Notes under the pieces: model-generated
Databases searched by the model: none
Told to the model about the DNA's origin: nothing
What the model saw: the letters and a program-made list of their open reading frames with translations, nothing else
In this document: piece by piece, positions 39,472 through 53,360 of the stretch
How positions within the stretch are numbered: position 1 is the stretch's first letter
Layout of the letters: each line of letters starts with the position of its first letter
Assembly (NCBI GenBank): GCA_051294375.1
Contig: CM119270.1
Coordinates: 6,813,279-6,877,278, forward strand
Direction of reading: 5' to 3'
Source: Paraspadella gotoi
Taxonomy: Eukaryota; Animalia; Chaetognatha
DNA length: 64,000 nucleotides
Program-made: the position numbers and the translations under genes

Positions 39472-40980
39472 TGGAGGAAAGGAAAAAGACATGGATGGAG
39501 GCTGATGATAATAAAACGGAGACCGGAGTGAGGGCGAGATTAAAGGTGAGGAGGAAAAGACATGGATCATTAGAAGAGGGAAAAATATCAAGATTACTGC
39601 CTGACTCGTTTTGGGTCGTTGAGGAGCATTGGGTAGAGGTGGGGGATAATAGGGATAAATGAGAGATAAGTGGAATAATATATTGACAAGAATATAAAAT
39701 TAATATTTAATACAACGATAGAAAGGAAGAGAAGAAAATAAAAGGGCGGATATTAAAAAAGGAAAAGAGGGAAAGTAAAAGAGAAGAGGGGGGAAAAGTC
39801 GTAAAATAGAGAGGGAAAGAATAGGAAAAAGAAAGCTTGGATGGGAAGGAGGAAGAAAAGGAAATTAAGGAGGCGGAAGAAGAGAAGGAAAAAGGAAAGG
39901 GTGAAATAGTAAAAGAAAAGGGAGGAAGTGGGAGGAAGAGAGAAAGAAAAAAAAGATGGCTACTCACTCGGAGAAAATCGTCGTGACCATTTTTTTTTCG
40001 GAGCTAAAACTTCTTATTTCGGTTTTTCTTTTCTTTTCTTTTCTTTTCTTTTCTTTTCTNNNNNNNNNNNNNNNNNNNNNNNNNNNNNNNNNNNNNNNNN
40101 NNNNNNNNNNNNNNNNNNNNNNNNNCTTTTCTTTTCTTTTCTTTTCTTTTCTTTTCTTTTCCCTTATTCGTCTTTTCTTCTTTTCTTTTTTTTCGACTCT
40201 GGATCGCGGGCGGAGAAAATGAAGGAGCCACCACAGCAGACTTCGCAATGAACGCTCGCCCACTAATTCCAGAAAAATTATTTAAAAAGGAAAAAGAAAC
40301 GAAAAAAATCGTTACTGAGCCGAGTTTTTCACGCAGAACTGATATTTATAGATATTTATAGTCCCTGGTTGCTATCACTCGCTCTCTCGCTTTCTCGTTC
40401 TCTTTCTCTCGCTCTCTCGCTCTTTAGCTTTCTCTTTTTCTTTCGCTCTTAATTTTCCTTTCAACAAGCCCAAGGTCTTTTCCCTTCCCGCCATCATAAC
40501 GTGGGAGTGGGGTNNNNNNNNNNNNNNNNNNNNNNNNNGATGAGATAGAGAAGAAGAGAGAGGGAGAGGAGAGAGAGTGAGAGAGAGAGAGAGAGAAGAG
40601 AGACGGAGAGAGAAGAGAGAGGAGAGAGAGAGAAAATAAGTATGTTTTTCTTTCGAAGAAAGTGGGTGAAAACATTCAGTAACACAAAAGAATCAAATGA
40701 GGATTAAAGATTATTGAAAAAAGAATGGTGAAGACAGGCGAAAGAAAGCGAGAGCGAAGAGATGAGAGGAGATGTAGAGATGGAGATGACACGAGAGAGG
40801 AGATCGGAGAGGATGAGGAAGGGGGAGAGGAGAGAGAGAGTGAGTAGAGGAGACATACTGTGTATCTACGATTTATTTTTTAAACTTATTTATTTGTTTC
40901 TTTGCTTTTCTCTCTTAATAAAGCTGACCAGCTCGGGCACCTTGCTTGTTAAAATCAACGCAATAAACATAAAATTCAAT

Positions 40981-41452
40981 CTTTAAAATTTTAGATTTTC
41001 TTCTATTACATCAAAGAAAATCTAAATTTTCTCATTTATAACTCGTAAGAACAAAAAGGATCTACTCTAACAATTCAATCATTAAAGTTATCTAATCATG
41101 TATCTTTATTAAATAGTTCCTCTTCTTTTTTTGTCCCTCTTTTTTTTTTTCTCCGCTCTCTTCGACGGAAAAAAAAGGTAAGTCCAGTCGATAAAGCAAA
41201 GTAAACTTACTCACCGGCCACTCATTCGCACATGACGTTCTTATTTCCGCCGTAAAGCAATAAGATCACTTGGCGGAAATATTTTGAAGTATTATTTCGC
41301 GGGGGTGACGTGAAATAAGTAAAGAAAAAAATGAAATAAATTATGTATAATTTCAATTTTGTTTGTTTTCCTTTTTATTTGAGGTAAAAATTGAATTGTT
41401 TCTTTACATTCAACGAGTTGTACTATAAAACTGAAATTCCCTACATGTTTCG
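40981..41452 (+). repeat. ~480 bp segment with an inverted copy at 50626-51133
   Basis: CGCGGGGGTGACGTGAAATAAGTAAAGAAA (41298) vs TTTCTTTACTTATTTCACGTCACCCCCGCG (50773). AAGAACAAAAAGGATCTACTCTAA (41047) vs TTAGAGTAGATCCTTTTTGTTCTT (51036). Confidence 0.92.
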
Positions 41453-42307
41453 CCTTCATCAGCGCAAAAATAAACGTTTACGTTATAATAAAGCCGAAAT
41501 TTATGTTTCATAATAAAATTTGTTGTATGTAAACAAATATTTCATTTTCTAGTTTCTACCTCAAATTACGATTTTAAAAGAACTTAAAAGGAGACATATG
41601 ATTATAAAATATATTTTTAAGAGTAGTAAAAAAAAGAGATAAAAATGACAAAAAATTCAAGATGAGGGACAAAATTGGAAGAGAAAAGGAAATAAAATGA
41701 TCGAGGGTTAAACGGTGAGATGAAAGGAGCAATGAGAGAAAAAGGAGAAAACCATGAAGATTTGTCGCACGGAAAGTGAGGAAGGAGGAAAAGGGGGCTC
41801 TCTTTTCCCAAAGCGCCCCATTTCTGTTATTTTTTCTCACAGGATTTAATTTGACTTTTAATAGTTAACCTAAAAAATTTATAACCTTAATCTTAAATCC
41901 TAACTCTAAACTTTCATCTAGAATTTTTAACGCTCACCTTAAACTGTAGTTCTTCATCCTAATCCCTAAGGCTGATCACTAAAAACTAGTAATCAGTAAC
42001 CTAATCTGCAACCTTAATCATTAATCTAATTTCTAACTGAATCCATAATCCTAACCTCCCGCCTAATTCTTAGCTTATAAAATGAGCCTAGTTTCAAATT
42101 TAAGATGAAATAGGGCGTTTTGGGAAAATAAGGCCGAAAAAGGAAGGATTCCGAAAAGGAGAACTCATCGTTTTGCGAGGAATTAATGTTGTTATCTGTC
42201 TGAGGCGAGCGGACGGGGTGGTCTGGTATATGGGGAGAGGAAAGGTGGGGTGGAGAGAGAGAGAGACGTAGAGATGAGAGAGGATGCAGACCAGAGAGAG
42301 AGAGATC

Positions 42308-42347
<40 letters not shown>

Positions 42348-43242
42348 AAGGAGAGAGACAGAGACCAAAGAATGGGACCATCGGAGGCTGCGGTCTTTTA
42401 TGACTCGGTGTCACCTAATGACAAAAGTGTTAATTTCCTTTGACATGTGAAAGGCGAAAGATGCCGACTGGTCGGGCAATAATCAAACGGACGCCGATGC
42501 TCTTTTTTTTCTTTTCTTTTTTTTTTTTTTTGTTCTCTTCTTTCTTTTTCCCCTTTTATTTTTTTCTCTATTTTTTCTTTCAATTTTTTTTTCTCTTTAT
42601 TTCTTTCTTTCCTTCTCTCTTTCTTTCTTTCTTTCTTTCCTTATTTCTTACTTTCTATTCTTTTTTTATACTTTCTCCTATCCCTGGTCGATGATGCAAA
42701 TGAGATCCGGAGGATGCGAGAATCTCTCTCCGTCGAGGGATGTAATAGGAATATGCATGAGGTCGACAGGATCGGTGGATTGAAAAAGCTATCCTCCCCT
42801 TTTATTTTTACGGACGCGATAATGCATTTCTTTCTATCAATTTTATGGTCGGTCAGTTTGTTCATTAGTTGATAAATGCTTTATAAAAAACGAGGAACTT
42901 TGATTTCCATTAATTTTTTTGTAAATATTTTCAAAATTTAATTTGTCCTTAATTCTTATCACTTATCACATGTCAGTTATCCTAACTTTTATAAAAAGTT
43001 TTTAAATGAAGGCGCCGCATCTTATGGGTTTCCAGTTCTTGTTCCTCTTCCTATTTTATCCGTTCATCCTTTTAATTTCATTTTTATTTTCGTGTCACCG
43101 TGGCAACTCAAAGCAAAGGATAGGAATAGCGGGAGATAGAGAAAAAGATTAATTTTGATTTAAAAAAATATTAAACGAGTTGATAATTGATAGTTGATAC
43201 ACTATGCACCAGATTGTATTAATTAATTACATAAGAATTAAC

Positions 43243-43298
43243 TACTTTACCCTCTATCTATGAATAACTCTTTTTCCTTTTCTCCTCTCATCTCTCAT

Positions 43299-43349
<51 letters not shown>

Positions 43350-43390
43350 TCTCTTTCTCTCTCTCTCTCTCTCCTCCCTCACTTCTTCTC

Positions 43391-43465
<75 letters not shown>

Positions 43466-46400
43466 CCTTCCCTTCTCTCTCACTCCATCTCTCACTCTCT
43501 CTCTCACTCTATCCCTCTATCTCTATCAAAGCAACGAACTCTTTGTATGGATGAGTTTTACGCTTCTTGTTTGGACTCCAAACAAAGTAGACGGTCTAAC
43601 ATGATGATCTGACACGCCCTTTCTGGAGACGCTTCTATTCTGAGTGGGACCTACGTCGGACAATTGCTGTTCCGGCCCGAGAAGCAAATTTGCCGGCTAC
43701 GTCGTCAAAGTGCGATACTCGAGAAGGCATCATTAGAAGACAGCAGTAAATATCGAATACTCGTACATGAGTGCTCTCTACCACTTTGGATCGACGCTAA
43801 AATATGCAAAAGCAAATTTCCCTCGAGAGTTACCATCTTTAATTCACTCATATATACATACTGTCACGATGTAATTTTATAAGCTTACTGTTTATATCAT
43901 ACCTCATTCTTAAAGTTACACTCTACAACTATAGCATCTGTCCGATTATAAAATGGTACTGTACATTTAGAGAATGAAGATGAGATTTATCTGCGAGGCC
44001 TACACGGATCGATTTTAACCGTATAAATGGAACGAATCGATCTTAAAAATGATTTCGCACCAACATGAACTCTGAGAGATGATTCAACAGACCAGGCTAT
44101 TTACACGTATACTGGTGCAACATCTGATTTTTAGTAGTTGTCATAATTTGGCCTGGGACACACATGTTATAATTTTGTTTCAATTACTGAGAGCTTCTCA
44201 AAATACGAATCACTCACTGTTTTGACCTCTCTCTCGTCGCCTCCTGTCTTTCCGTTGTCTCTCTGAGAATCATGTGATGACCTCTAATCTCAATGTTCAA
44301 ATATTTCCACACTTCCTCTGTTTTTGTCATTTGCACAGCTTCTCACTTATCACTCTCTTGATATATTTAACCTTTCTCTCCTCCCTATCACCACTACTTC
44401 TCTTCATGTTTTGACCTTCTGTCATCTTCTCACCGCTAACTCTCCTCATACACGTCTCTTGTCTATTTCTCATTAGCACTTTTCTGGAATCAATTTACGT
44501 ATACCTACTGCCTCTAATGCGTTCTTGACTCTTCTATTACTCCCATTTCACACAATACAAGCTGCCTCTAATACTAGCCTTCTAGTTCTTCGTTTCTTCT
44601 TCCTCATTCAATCATTCCTCTACTGTCTATTCCTTCCCTATACTCTTCCTTACATCATCATATGCGTTATTTCTCTCGCATAATCGATGTCACTGACCTT
44701 CTTCTTTAGCCACATAAACACACCATTAAGCTCTCCATCCGTCTCCCATTCGCGAACTTTTAATACGCTAAATCTGAGAATTGACTAGACTGTGATCGAT
44801 ACTGCTGAGACGTGGTTCGATTCACTATGGCGACAAATAACTCCGCAGCTTGCGTGCCGCTCTTATGTAGGCTATCAATTTGAAGAGGCGAACTCTGCCG
44901 TGGCAGTGTGCGATGAGGGCGGTCTACGCGTCTCGTGTAGGATGCTCGCCCTGCGGACCAGACAGGCAACCACTCAGTGCCGTTTCGGCACGCTAGTATA
45001 ACTGTTAGACGTGGGCTCGTAAAAACGAGGCTCTTTGTTATGCATCAGAAGCGGTTGAAAATTACAGACATACAGCTCTCATTACTGGTCGCTCAACTCT
45101 CGATCAGGCCTTTAAGACGGCCACTCTCTCGTTCATTAACTGACACACCTATTTATCTAATCACGACGTGAGCAAGCACATCGCTACCCGGCTCCACTAT
45201 TACCTTCTCTCAGCAATCCAAATAACAACTCTGAGCATAGATGATATTGAATTGAACTAGAAACATGGACACATTTATGCTGGGCTTACCTCGTCATAAG
45301 GTCGCATATGCCGTGCATATGAAAGTCCGCTGTAGGTTGCCATTCATTGCTTCGCTGTCAGTCTGTGCTCTCAGACCTTTCCAAGAGCAGTACCCGTAAT
45401 ACTAACATCAGAGCCTGAGAGAGCGAATGCTCTTGCGTGTCTCGACTTTGTAAGGTTTGTGCTCGCTCTCGTTATCTTTCGACATTAGTCTGACTCCGTG
45501 ATATGTGAGCTATACTGACATCGAACGGTATCGTCCATACACTGCATACCACTCTAAGACTCTGATAAGAGATTGCGATTCTAGTTCTGCACAAGCATGA
45601 AGAATCACTCACAGTCATCTATCTCATGGTTTATACAATTTAGTGGTTTCGCCGTATAATGACACCCTGAAGATGCTTTCAGAATTTTGTACTGTCCTAC
45701 CTATCTAGTTTCTCGATATAACAAGCTTACTACTTGTAATACTCGACGCTTAATTGACAACGAGTGTTTCAGTTCATTTTCTTATCTGAATCTTATATCG
45801 GCACATTGTACAACCCGAATATCTCATACTATCTCACAACGGGGCGACAAAATATCCTCCTCCTGACTCGAGCAACGACATCACATCTCTTTTAACAAGT
45901 CTCTCATTTCTACCATTACATTCGACACAAATATGAGAGCACGAAACACGAATGCGGTGCTGAGATACGTTCCATAATATTGACCGTACCTCGTAGTCGA
46001 CGTTCATCGCAAGTATGGTACCTTACTTGGCGTGCACTAGAGTCTCCACAATACACTCCGGCCATTCGCAACCCAACGTGCCCCTGCCATTCGTACCCGA
46101 CTCTCGCGCGCCGTATGCTCCTCGTATAGCTGACACACCAAAATGTTCTGTGCGATTGAATTGTGGTTGGGTTTTTTCGAGAGATCCCGCTGCAACCGCA
46201 AGAGCCGTTGCCACCTCAGAATCGCCAGACCACGTGAAATATTTTGCACTTTCTTGGCAGAGATGGTCGCTTGCCTGGCTGGCTCGCGCATGTTGATTGC
46301 TCTAACTTGGCTGATTTCCGTAGGGGTGCTGATCTTCGATCTGGATGAATTATGAGCTATAGATTGCGTTTCCTCTCTTTTCCTCTCTAGGGACTACAAT

Positions 46401-47121
46401 TGCAACTCATGTAATACATCAAAGCGCAACAACAGGATACGCCAACGTAGACTTGAGGATGACTATCTCACACTCAAAACGCCACGGTGACTTTCTATGA
46501 ATCAATACCAAATATCTACACAAGATAGATGAACATAACACATGAGGCACCTGTACTCAATCGTTTGATAATAGAAAACAAATGCGACTCGAAAACCAAT
46601 ACATAATACCAAATAATAGTCTCGTGATGAATAAACTAAATATGACGCATATGTTTCCGCAAATATTATTCTCACTTGATACATAGGTGCATCGCAAGTG
46701 CGTTATACGTTTAGTATTTGTGTCTGCCTTGAATATACTTCCTATGATGCGCGTAAGTTGTTGCTGCACATCTACTTTTGTGCCTGAAATATTATTAAAC
46801 TGTGTATTTAGGACAGCAAACTGATAGTGTCAAAACTTTGGTTATCGCTGAGCGTACCAGTAGATGTGGACTCCTTGATATATCTTGATTAAGCCAATAA
46901 TTAAACAACATCCATTGATATTTTTTACACAATGTAATCTTATGGCGTCCTGTAAACTAGCTTTTCCTAGATAGCTGACAATAATATTGAAATAACCTTG
47001 ACTCTTCTCTCTTATCCTCACATTTTTCAGCGACTATTTGTTGTGTTNNNNNNNNNNNNNNNNNNNNNNNNNACTTTACCCTTATCTTATAATAACTCTT
47101 TTTCCTTTTCTCCTCTCATCT

Positions 47122-47186
<65 letters not shown>

Positions 47187-47227
47187 TCTCTCTCTCTCTC
47201 TCTCTCTCCTCCCTCACTTCTCTCTCA

Positions 47228-47297
<70 letters not shown>

Positions 47298-49300
47298 CCT
47301 CCCTTCTCTCTCACTCTCTCTCTCACTCTATCCCTCTATCTCTATCAAAGCAACGAACTCTTTGTATGGATGAGTTTTTACGCTTTTGACCCAAAAAGGT
47401 CTATGATGCATTGACCTTTCTGCAGATCGCTTCATAGACCATCTCCGTAAAGGCGAACCGACAGAAGGTTTGACGTAAAAATCTCCTTGATCGACGCTCG
47501 AATTAAGTAATTCACTCATATTACATACTGTCGATGAATTTTTATAAGCTTTTTTTATATTACTAACTATATAGCATTTTAGATTAAAAGCGTAAATAGT
47601 TAATTTATCTGGGGCCTGACGGATCGATTTAACCGTAAAAAAAAAACGACAAACTGACCCACAGACAGAATGACAAACAGAATAATTATCTGAGAATAGT
47701 AGAGTTTATAATTTAGTTCCACTTAAATTTTGCAATTCACTTTCTCACCACTGTTCCTCTCTCTCGCCTCCTGTCTTCCTTTCTTTAAATCAGATGATCT
47801 TCCCTTTCTTTTCTACCTTCCTTTTTTTTTCCCCTTCTTTTCACCTTTTCTTTCCTTTATTCCTCTTCCAATCTTTCTCGTTTTGACCTTTCCTGCTTTC
47901 ACAATCCTTCACACCCTTTATCTTTGACCCTTCCTCTTTTTCTTCTTCTTCTATCCCCTTTCCCTCCCTCTTTCTATCACTTCCATTCTCCTTTCCTCCC
48001 TCTCTTCCTCTCTTCTTTCCTCCCCGTCTCCCTCTCTTTCCCTATCCGTCTTCTGTGCCTCCTTCCACAACCAAATTGCCTTCGCATTAGACGCAGCATA
48101 GAAATGATGCATGAAATTTGGATGAAGGGGAAAAATGGGGGGAAGAGGGACAAAGGGGGGCTGAGGAAATGTGGGGAGAGGGGGGTCGAAAGGGAAAGGA
48201 CCAGTGGAGGACGTTGAAAAAGTTAAACGACGTAAAAAAGACCCAAAATGGGCATCGGAAGAAAATAAAGAGGAAAAAAGGGCAAAGGAAAAAAAAAAAC
48301 TAAGGAAAGAATAAGAGAACATGGATTTGTGCTTACATCTTATCGAATTATTTCGTTAAATAAAATCCTGGATTTCTTTATTGTTGTTGCTTTCAAAGTC
48401 TAAACAAAGCGGCGAAGTTTGTTTGATTTTAAGTTTGTTTTTTTCTAATATTTTTTGGATACAAAACGATGTCAATGAATCGGTAAGGTTGGATTCATTC
48501 ATATTATATTTTCATTGTTTAAAATTAACTTCTTTCCTAAATTGTCAAATTTTGAGCCAAAATTGTTTTTAACTATAAAATGAGTTTAATTTGTTTCGAT
48601 TTTCTATTATATTTTTGTACCCAATTATTACTATCTAGGAAAAAAGTTAGAAACATTTTTTTTNNNNNNNNNNNNNNNNNNNNNNNNNTAAAAAGTTTCA
48701 TTTATCAATTAAAAAAATAATACGCAAAACATGGGCCTAAAAACATTTCAAATATTTTGTGTATCCCTCCCTCTTTGGCAACTCGAACCACTTGCATGGC
48801 ATTCGTACTGGGCATGCTCTGTAAAGCTGACACACCAAATGTTCTTTCGACTTTGTTGTATCGCCCGTAAAAAATTTGCCAATGGTGGACACGAGGGATT
48901 CCCAAGTTTATTGCCTGGATGAATTGTTGCGTCCTTTCCTCTTTTTCTCAGAGCTACAAGTTGCGACCTTTATGAACCAAAGAGAGGGGCCTCGCTCCTA
49001 TTCTGGCATAACCAAATTATAAAAAAAATGCAAAAAAAATATAAACTCAATTTGAAATTAGGAAACAAATACTCATACCAAGAATTGAGGTGGGAAAACA
49101 CTAGAAATGGCAGGATTTTTTCCGCCATTTTTCACTTGAGGTAGCAATCTTAATTTTTGCCTCTAATTCTATACGCGTTGGGATCTACGAAAAAATGCGA
49201 AGGAAGCAAACTGAAAGGAAATTTAGTCTGTAGAAATCTGAAACATCCTTGATTTTTTTAAAAATGTTTTCTAACCTTTTTTCCTTAGATAGTAATATAT
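43243..49300 (+). repeat. Direct duplication across a 25-N gap: insertion-riddled copy 43243-47047 vs cleaner copy 47073-~49300
   Basis: Colinear anchors: CTATCAAAGCAACGAACTCTTTGTATGGATGAG (43522/47342), ACGGATCGATTT(T)AACCGTA (44003/47619), TGACACACCAAA(A)TGTTCT (46131/48828), CTGGATGAATT (46341/48915) and TTTTCCT(T)AGATAG (46962/49279). Confidence 0.85.
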
Positions 49301-52300
49301 TAAATGACAAACCTAACGACGGCGACGATTACAAAGACGTTGATGAAGAAGACGACGGTTGCTTCACTACAATTCGTGAATTCTTTGTTCTGAGAAGCTA
49401 ATGTCCTTCGCCAAGAGCGACTATCTGAGTTGCCGACGAAGCTGAATTTCGTGTCTTTTCGCTTTTCAACAGTTTTTCGCTCCGCGAAAATTGAGATCAA
49501 TTATTCAATGTTCAACCTTGTTTCTTTTTTGTCGACTGGGAAAATATCTTGGTTGCTTCTATTTGTTAAGGTCTGAAAGGTAAAATAAAGCCGTTCGAGT
49601 TTGTATAAGATTTTAACAGTAAGAATAAAAAATTCGAGTTACAATAAAGTTGAAAAAAAGAAGAAATTAAGAAAAAGAAGGAATAAAAATATTAAGATAT
49701 GAAAAGTGAGAAGAAAAAATATAGAAAAAGCTAAATAAGAAAGTAAAAAATGCCGAAAAAAAGAAAGACTGAAAGGTAACAAATGCGAAAAAAAGAAAAA
49801 AGAAGAAAAGCAAAGATAAGAAAAGGTAGGCGTCGGTGAACATCGTTGGCAGCTGAAATATTGATTTTCACAGTTCGAAGAGAGAAAAAACTGGAAGGTT
49901 GAATACGAAAACTATATAGGCTGAGTGAGAGAGAGAGAGCAAGGACGGAGAGAGCACGAGATTATATCATTTTTCTGCTAGGATTTATTTTTAATTTATT
50001 CCGAATTTCAGCAAGATGAGAAGGGAGATCCGGTTTTACGACTCTCTTTCCATATACTACTTCTATTACGTCAATTTCCTCTTTTATCGGTTGTAGCCTG
50101 GACAGGAGAGAGAGGAGAGAGAGAGCAGAGAGAAGAGAGAGAGAGGAGAGAGAGAGAGAGAAGAGAGGACCGAGAGAGAGAGAGAGATGTAGAGCGTACT
50201 GTGTGTCTGTGCGTGCTAAGAGGACGCGTTCAATCTTAGAATCGATTTAAGGGAAGATACGTTTATCCCTTTTCTGTTCTCACAAATTCTGATTTAGAAT
50301 TTTTATCGGATAAATTCACAAAAGATCGCGAGCGAGAGAGGAAAAAGCAAATTGACTTCACTTCGAAACAGTCTCGAAGCGAAGTTACAAAATTTATACA
50401 ATTTTAAAAATTCAAAGCCAGGAATTAATGGTGAAAAAAAAGTATTTGTGAGATAAATAAATGACTGAGAAATTTTTAAACTTCGCTTCTCCGATCTCGC
50501 CACGATCTTTGATCAAAAATGTAAAATGGATTTTTCAAATGAGAAATCCGAAAAATAACGAATTGTATATATAACAAAACATGATGTTGATATCAACCGA
50601 TGAACAATTTCCTGCAAAAAGCTTACGGAAACATGTATGGGAATTTCAAGTTTGTATAGTTAGTAGCAACTCGTCAATTGAATGTAAAAAAGAACAATTC
50701 AATTGTTTACCTCAAATAAAAAGAGAGGGGAAAGTAAAACAAAATGCAAAAGAAAATAACATAAATTCTATATTTCTTTACTTATTTCACGTCACCCCCG
50801 CGAATAATACTTCAAAAATTTCCGCCAAGTGATCCTTATTGCTTTACGGCAGGAAATAAGAACGTCATGTTGCGAATTAAGTAGGCCAACGGTGAGTTAG
50901 TTTACTTTGCTTTATGACTGCGACTACCTTTTTTTCCCGTCGAAGAGGAGCGGAGAAAAAAAAAAGAGGGACAAAAAAAGAAACAGGAACTATTAATAAG
51001 ATACATGATTAGATAACTTTAATGATATGAATTGTTTAGAGTAGATCCTTTTTGTTCTTACCGAGTTAATTTAAATGAGAAAAATTTAGATTTTTCTTTG
51101 ATGTAAATAGAAGAAAATCTAAAAATTTTAAAGAAAAAAGGAAAAAAGAAAGACTGAAAAGGTTAAAAAGGAAAAAAAAGAAAAAGAAGAAAAGAAAGAA
51201 GAAAGTAGGCGTCGGTGAACATCGTTGGAGCTGAAATATGATTTTCACAGTTCGAAGAGAGAAAAACTGGAGGTGAATACAAACTATAGTGAGTGAGAGA
51301 GAGAGAGNNNNNNNNNNNNNNNNNNNNNNNNNTTCCCTATCCGCTCTTCTGTGACCTCCTTCACACACCAAACTTGCCTTCGCATTTCAGACGCAGCAAT
51401 CAGTTAAATGATGCCATGAAATTTTGGCATGAAGGCGGAGCAAATGGGGGCAAGAGGACAAAGGCGGGGCTGGGAAATGTGAGAGAGCGCGGCCGGGTCG
51501 AAGGGAAACGGGGACCACAGTTGCGAGCCGACGTTCGAAAAAGTTTAAACGACGTAAAAAAAGACCCCAAATGGCCATCGGAACAAGAAACTAAGGAGGC
51601 AAAGAACAGGTCCAAAAGGAAAAAAAAAAGCTTCAAGGAAACGAATAAGCAGAACATGGATTCTTGTGGCTTACATCTTACTCGAATGATTTCTGTTAAA
51701 TCAAAATTCCTGGATTATCTTTATGTTGTGCCTTTCAAGAGTCATAAAACCACACGGGCGTAGTTTTCTTTCGCTATTTTAAGTTTGTTTTTTTTTCTTT
51801 AATACTTTTTTGCGATACACAAATACGCATGTCAATGAATCGGCTTACGGTTGGGATTGCATTCACTATTCATCATTCATTCATTTTGGTTGAAAAGTTA
51901 ACTTCTTCTAAATAGCTCAAATTTTGTGCAGGCCAAAATTGCTTTTGTTCTAACCTATAAACATGAGTTTAATTTTTTTTCGATTTTCTATTATGTTTTC
52001 GCTGACTAAATTATTATATATATTTAAATGACAACACGTAAACGACGCAGCAAACACGATTATGCAAAGACGTTTTGCATGGAAGGAAGGCACGCGACCG
52101 CAGTTGCTTCTTCTCAACAATGTTGAATATCTGTTGGTTCTGAGAGCTAATGTCAACGTCGCCAGAAGCGATATCTGCAGTTGCGGACGAAGCTAATTAT
52201 CGTTCTTTTTCGCCTTTCAACAGTTTTCCCGAATGGGAAATGATGATCAATTATCAATGTTTCAAACCCTTTGTTTCTTTTGTTGTCGACTGGGCGCGAA

Positions 52301-53360
52301 AATATCCTTGGTTGTTATCTATTTGTGAGTCGAAAGGTAAATAAAAATAAAGCCGTTCGTCAGTTAGTTAAGATTTAACAGTAAGAATAAAAATTCGATG
52401 CAATAAGTTAACAAAAAAAAGAATAATTAAGCAACAAAGAAGGAAAAAATATTAAATATGAAAAAGAAGAAGAAAAAATACAAGGAAAAAGCGTAAATAG
52501 AAAGTAAAAAAGGCAAAAAAGAAAGGACTGAAAAAGCCTGTTAAAAAGAAAAAAAGAAATAAGCAAGAAAAGAAAGAAGAATGTAGGCGTCCCAGGGTGA
52601 CCATCGATTGGGAGCTGAAATATTGATTTTCAACACGTTCGAAGAGAGAAAAAACTGGAGGTGCCCTACAACCTCTATAGTGAGAGAGAGAGAGAGAGAG
52701 AGACGAGAGAGAGAGAGACGGATGGAAGAGAGAGAGAGAGAAGATTATATCCATTTTCTGCTACGGATTTAATTTTTAATTATTTCCGAATTTTCACCTG
52801 AGACATTGAGAATGAGATCGGTTTACGAGCCTTCTCTTTCCACTATTACATACTTCTATTACGTCAATTTCCTCCTTCTTGATCGGCAGAACCGCTCGCA
52901 AATGTGTCGTGTTGTGTGGTTGTCGCCTGCCTTAAGTAGCAGAGAGAGAGAGAGAGCGTGTGTGTGTGTGCGTGCCTAAGAGCGCGTTCAATCTAAGAAT
53001 CGATTTAAGGCAAGATACGTTTTCCCTTTTCTGTCTCCAAATTCTGATTTAGAATTTTATCGGATAAATTCACAAAGATCGCGAGCGAGAGAGGAAAAGC
53101 AAATTGACTTCATTCGAAACAGGTCGAAGCGAAGTTACAAAATTTTACAATTTTAAAAATCAAGCAGGAATAATTGGTGAAAAAAAGTATTTGTGAGATA
53201 AATGACTGAGAAATTTTAAACTTGTTCGTCCGAGGGGAAAGCGATCTCGCCACGATCTTCTTATCAAAATGTAAAATGGGTTTTAAATGAGAATCGAAAT
53301 AACGAATTGTTATTATAACAACATGATGTTGATATCAACGATGACAATTTCTGCAAAAGC
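48035..53360 (+). repeat. Direct duplication ~48035-50622 vs 51333-~53360, plus a third short copy of ~49755-49940 at ~51134-51307
   Basis: Shared TTGCCTTCGCATT(TC)AGACGCAGCA (48076/51374), GTAGGCGTC...GCTGAAATA (49826/51205/52582), AAGATCGCGAGCGAGAGAGGAAAA (50322/53075) and CATGATGTTGATATCAAC (50580/53322). Confidence 0.92.
48631..49292. mobile_element. MITE / non-autonomous DNA transposon with ~30 bp TIRs and TA flanks (Tc1/mariner-type target site)
   Basis: The left end TA|CTATCTAGGAAAAAAGTTAGAAACATTTTT and the right end AAAAATGTTTTCTAACCTTTTTTCCTTAGATAG|TA are reverse complements apart from three 1-nt indels. The element is missing from the duplicate at ~52011-52022 (AAATTATTATATATATTTAAATGAC). 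A 25-N gap lies inside it, so the length is uncertain. Confidence 0.8.

Noticed and set aside
41865-42075. Interstitial telomeric repeat (CCTAA/CCCTAA-like)
   Set aside because: Only scattered degenerate TAACC/AATCCT words, with no run of consecutive exact units.
44760-46769. Complex-looking short ORFs suggesting foreign or viral DNA
   Set aside because: They lie within the insertion-corrupted duplicate of 47073-49300.
48705-48922. Transposase remnant inside the MITE
   Set aside because: The short ORFs on both strands show no recognisable HTH or DDE motifs.
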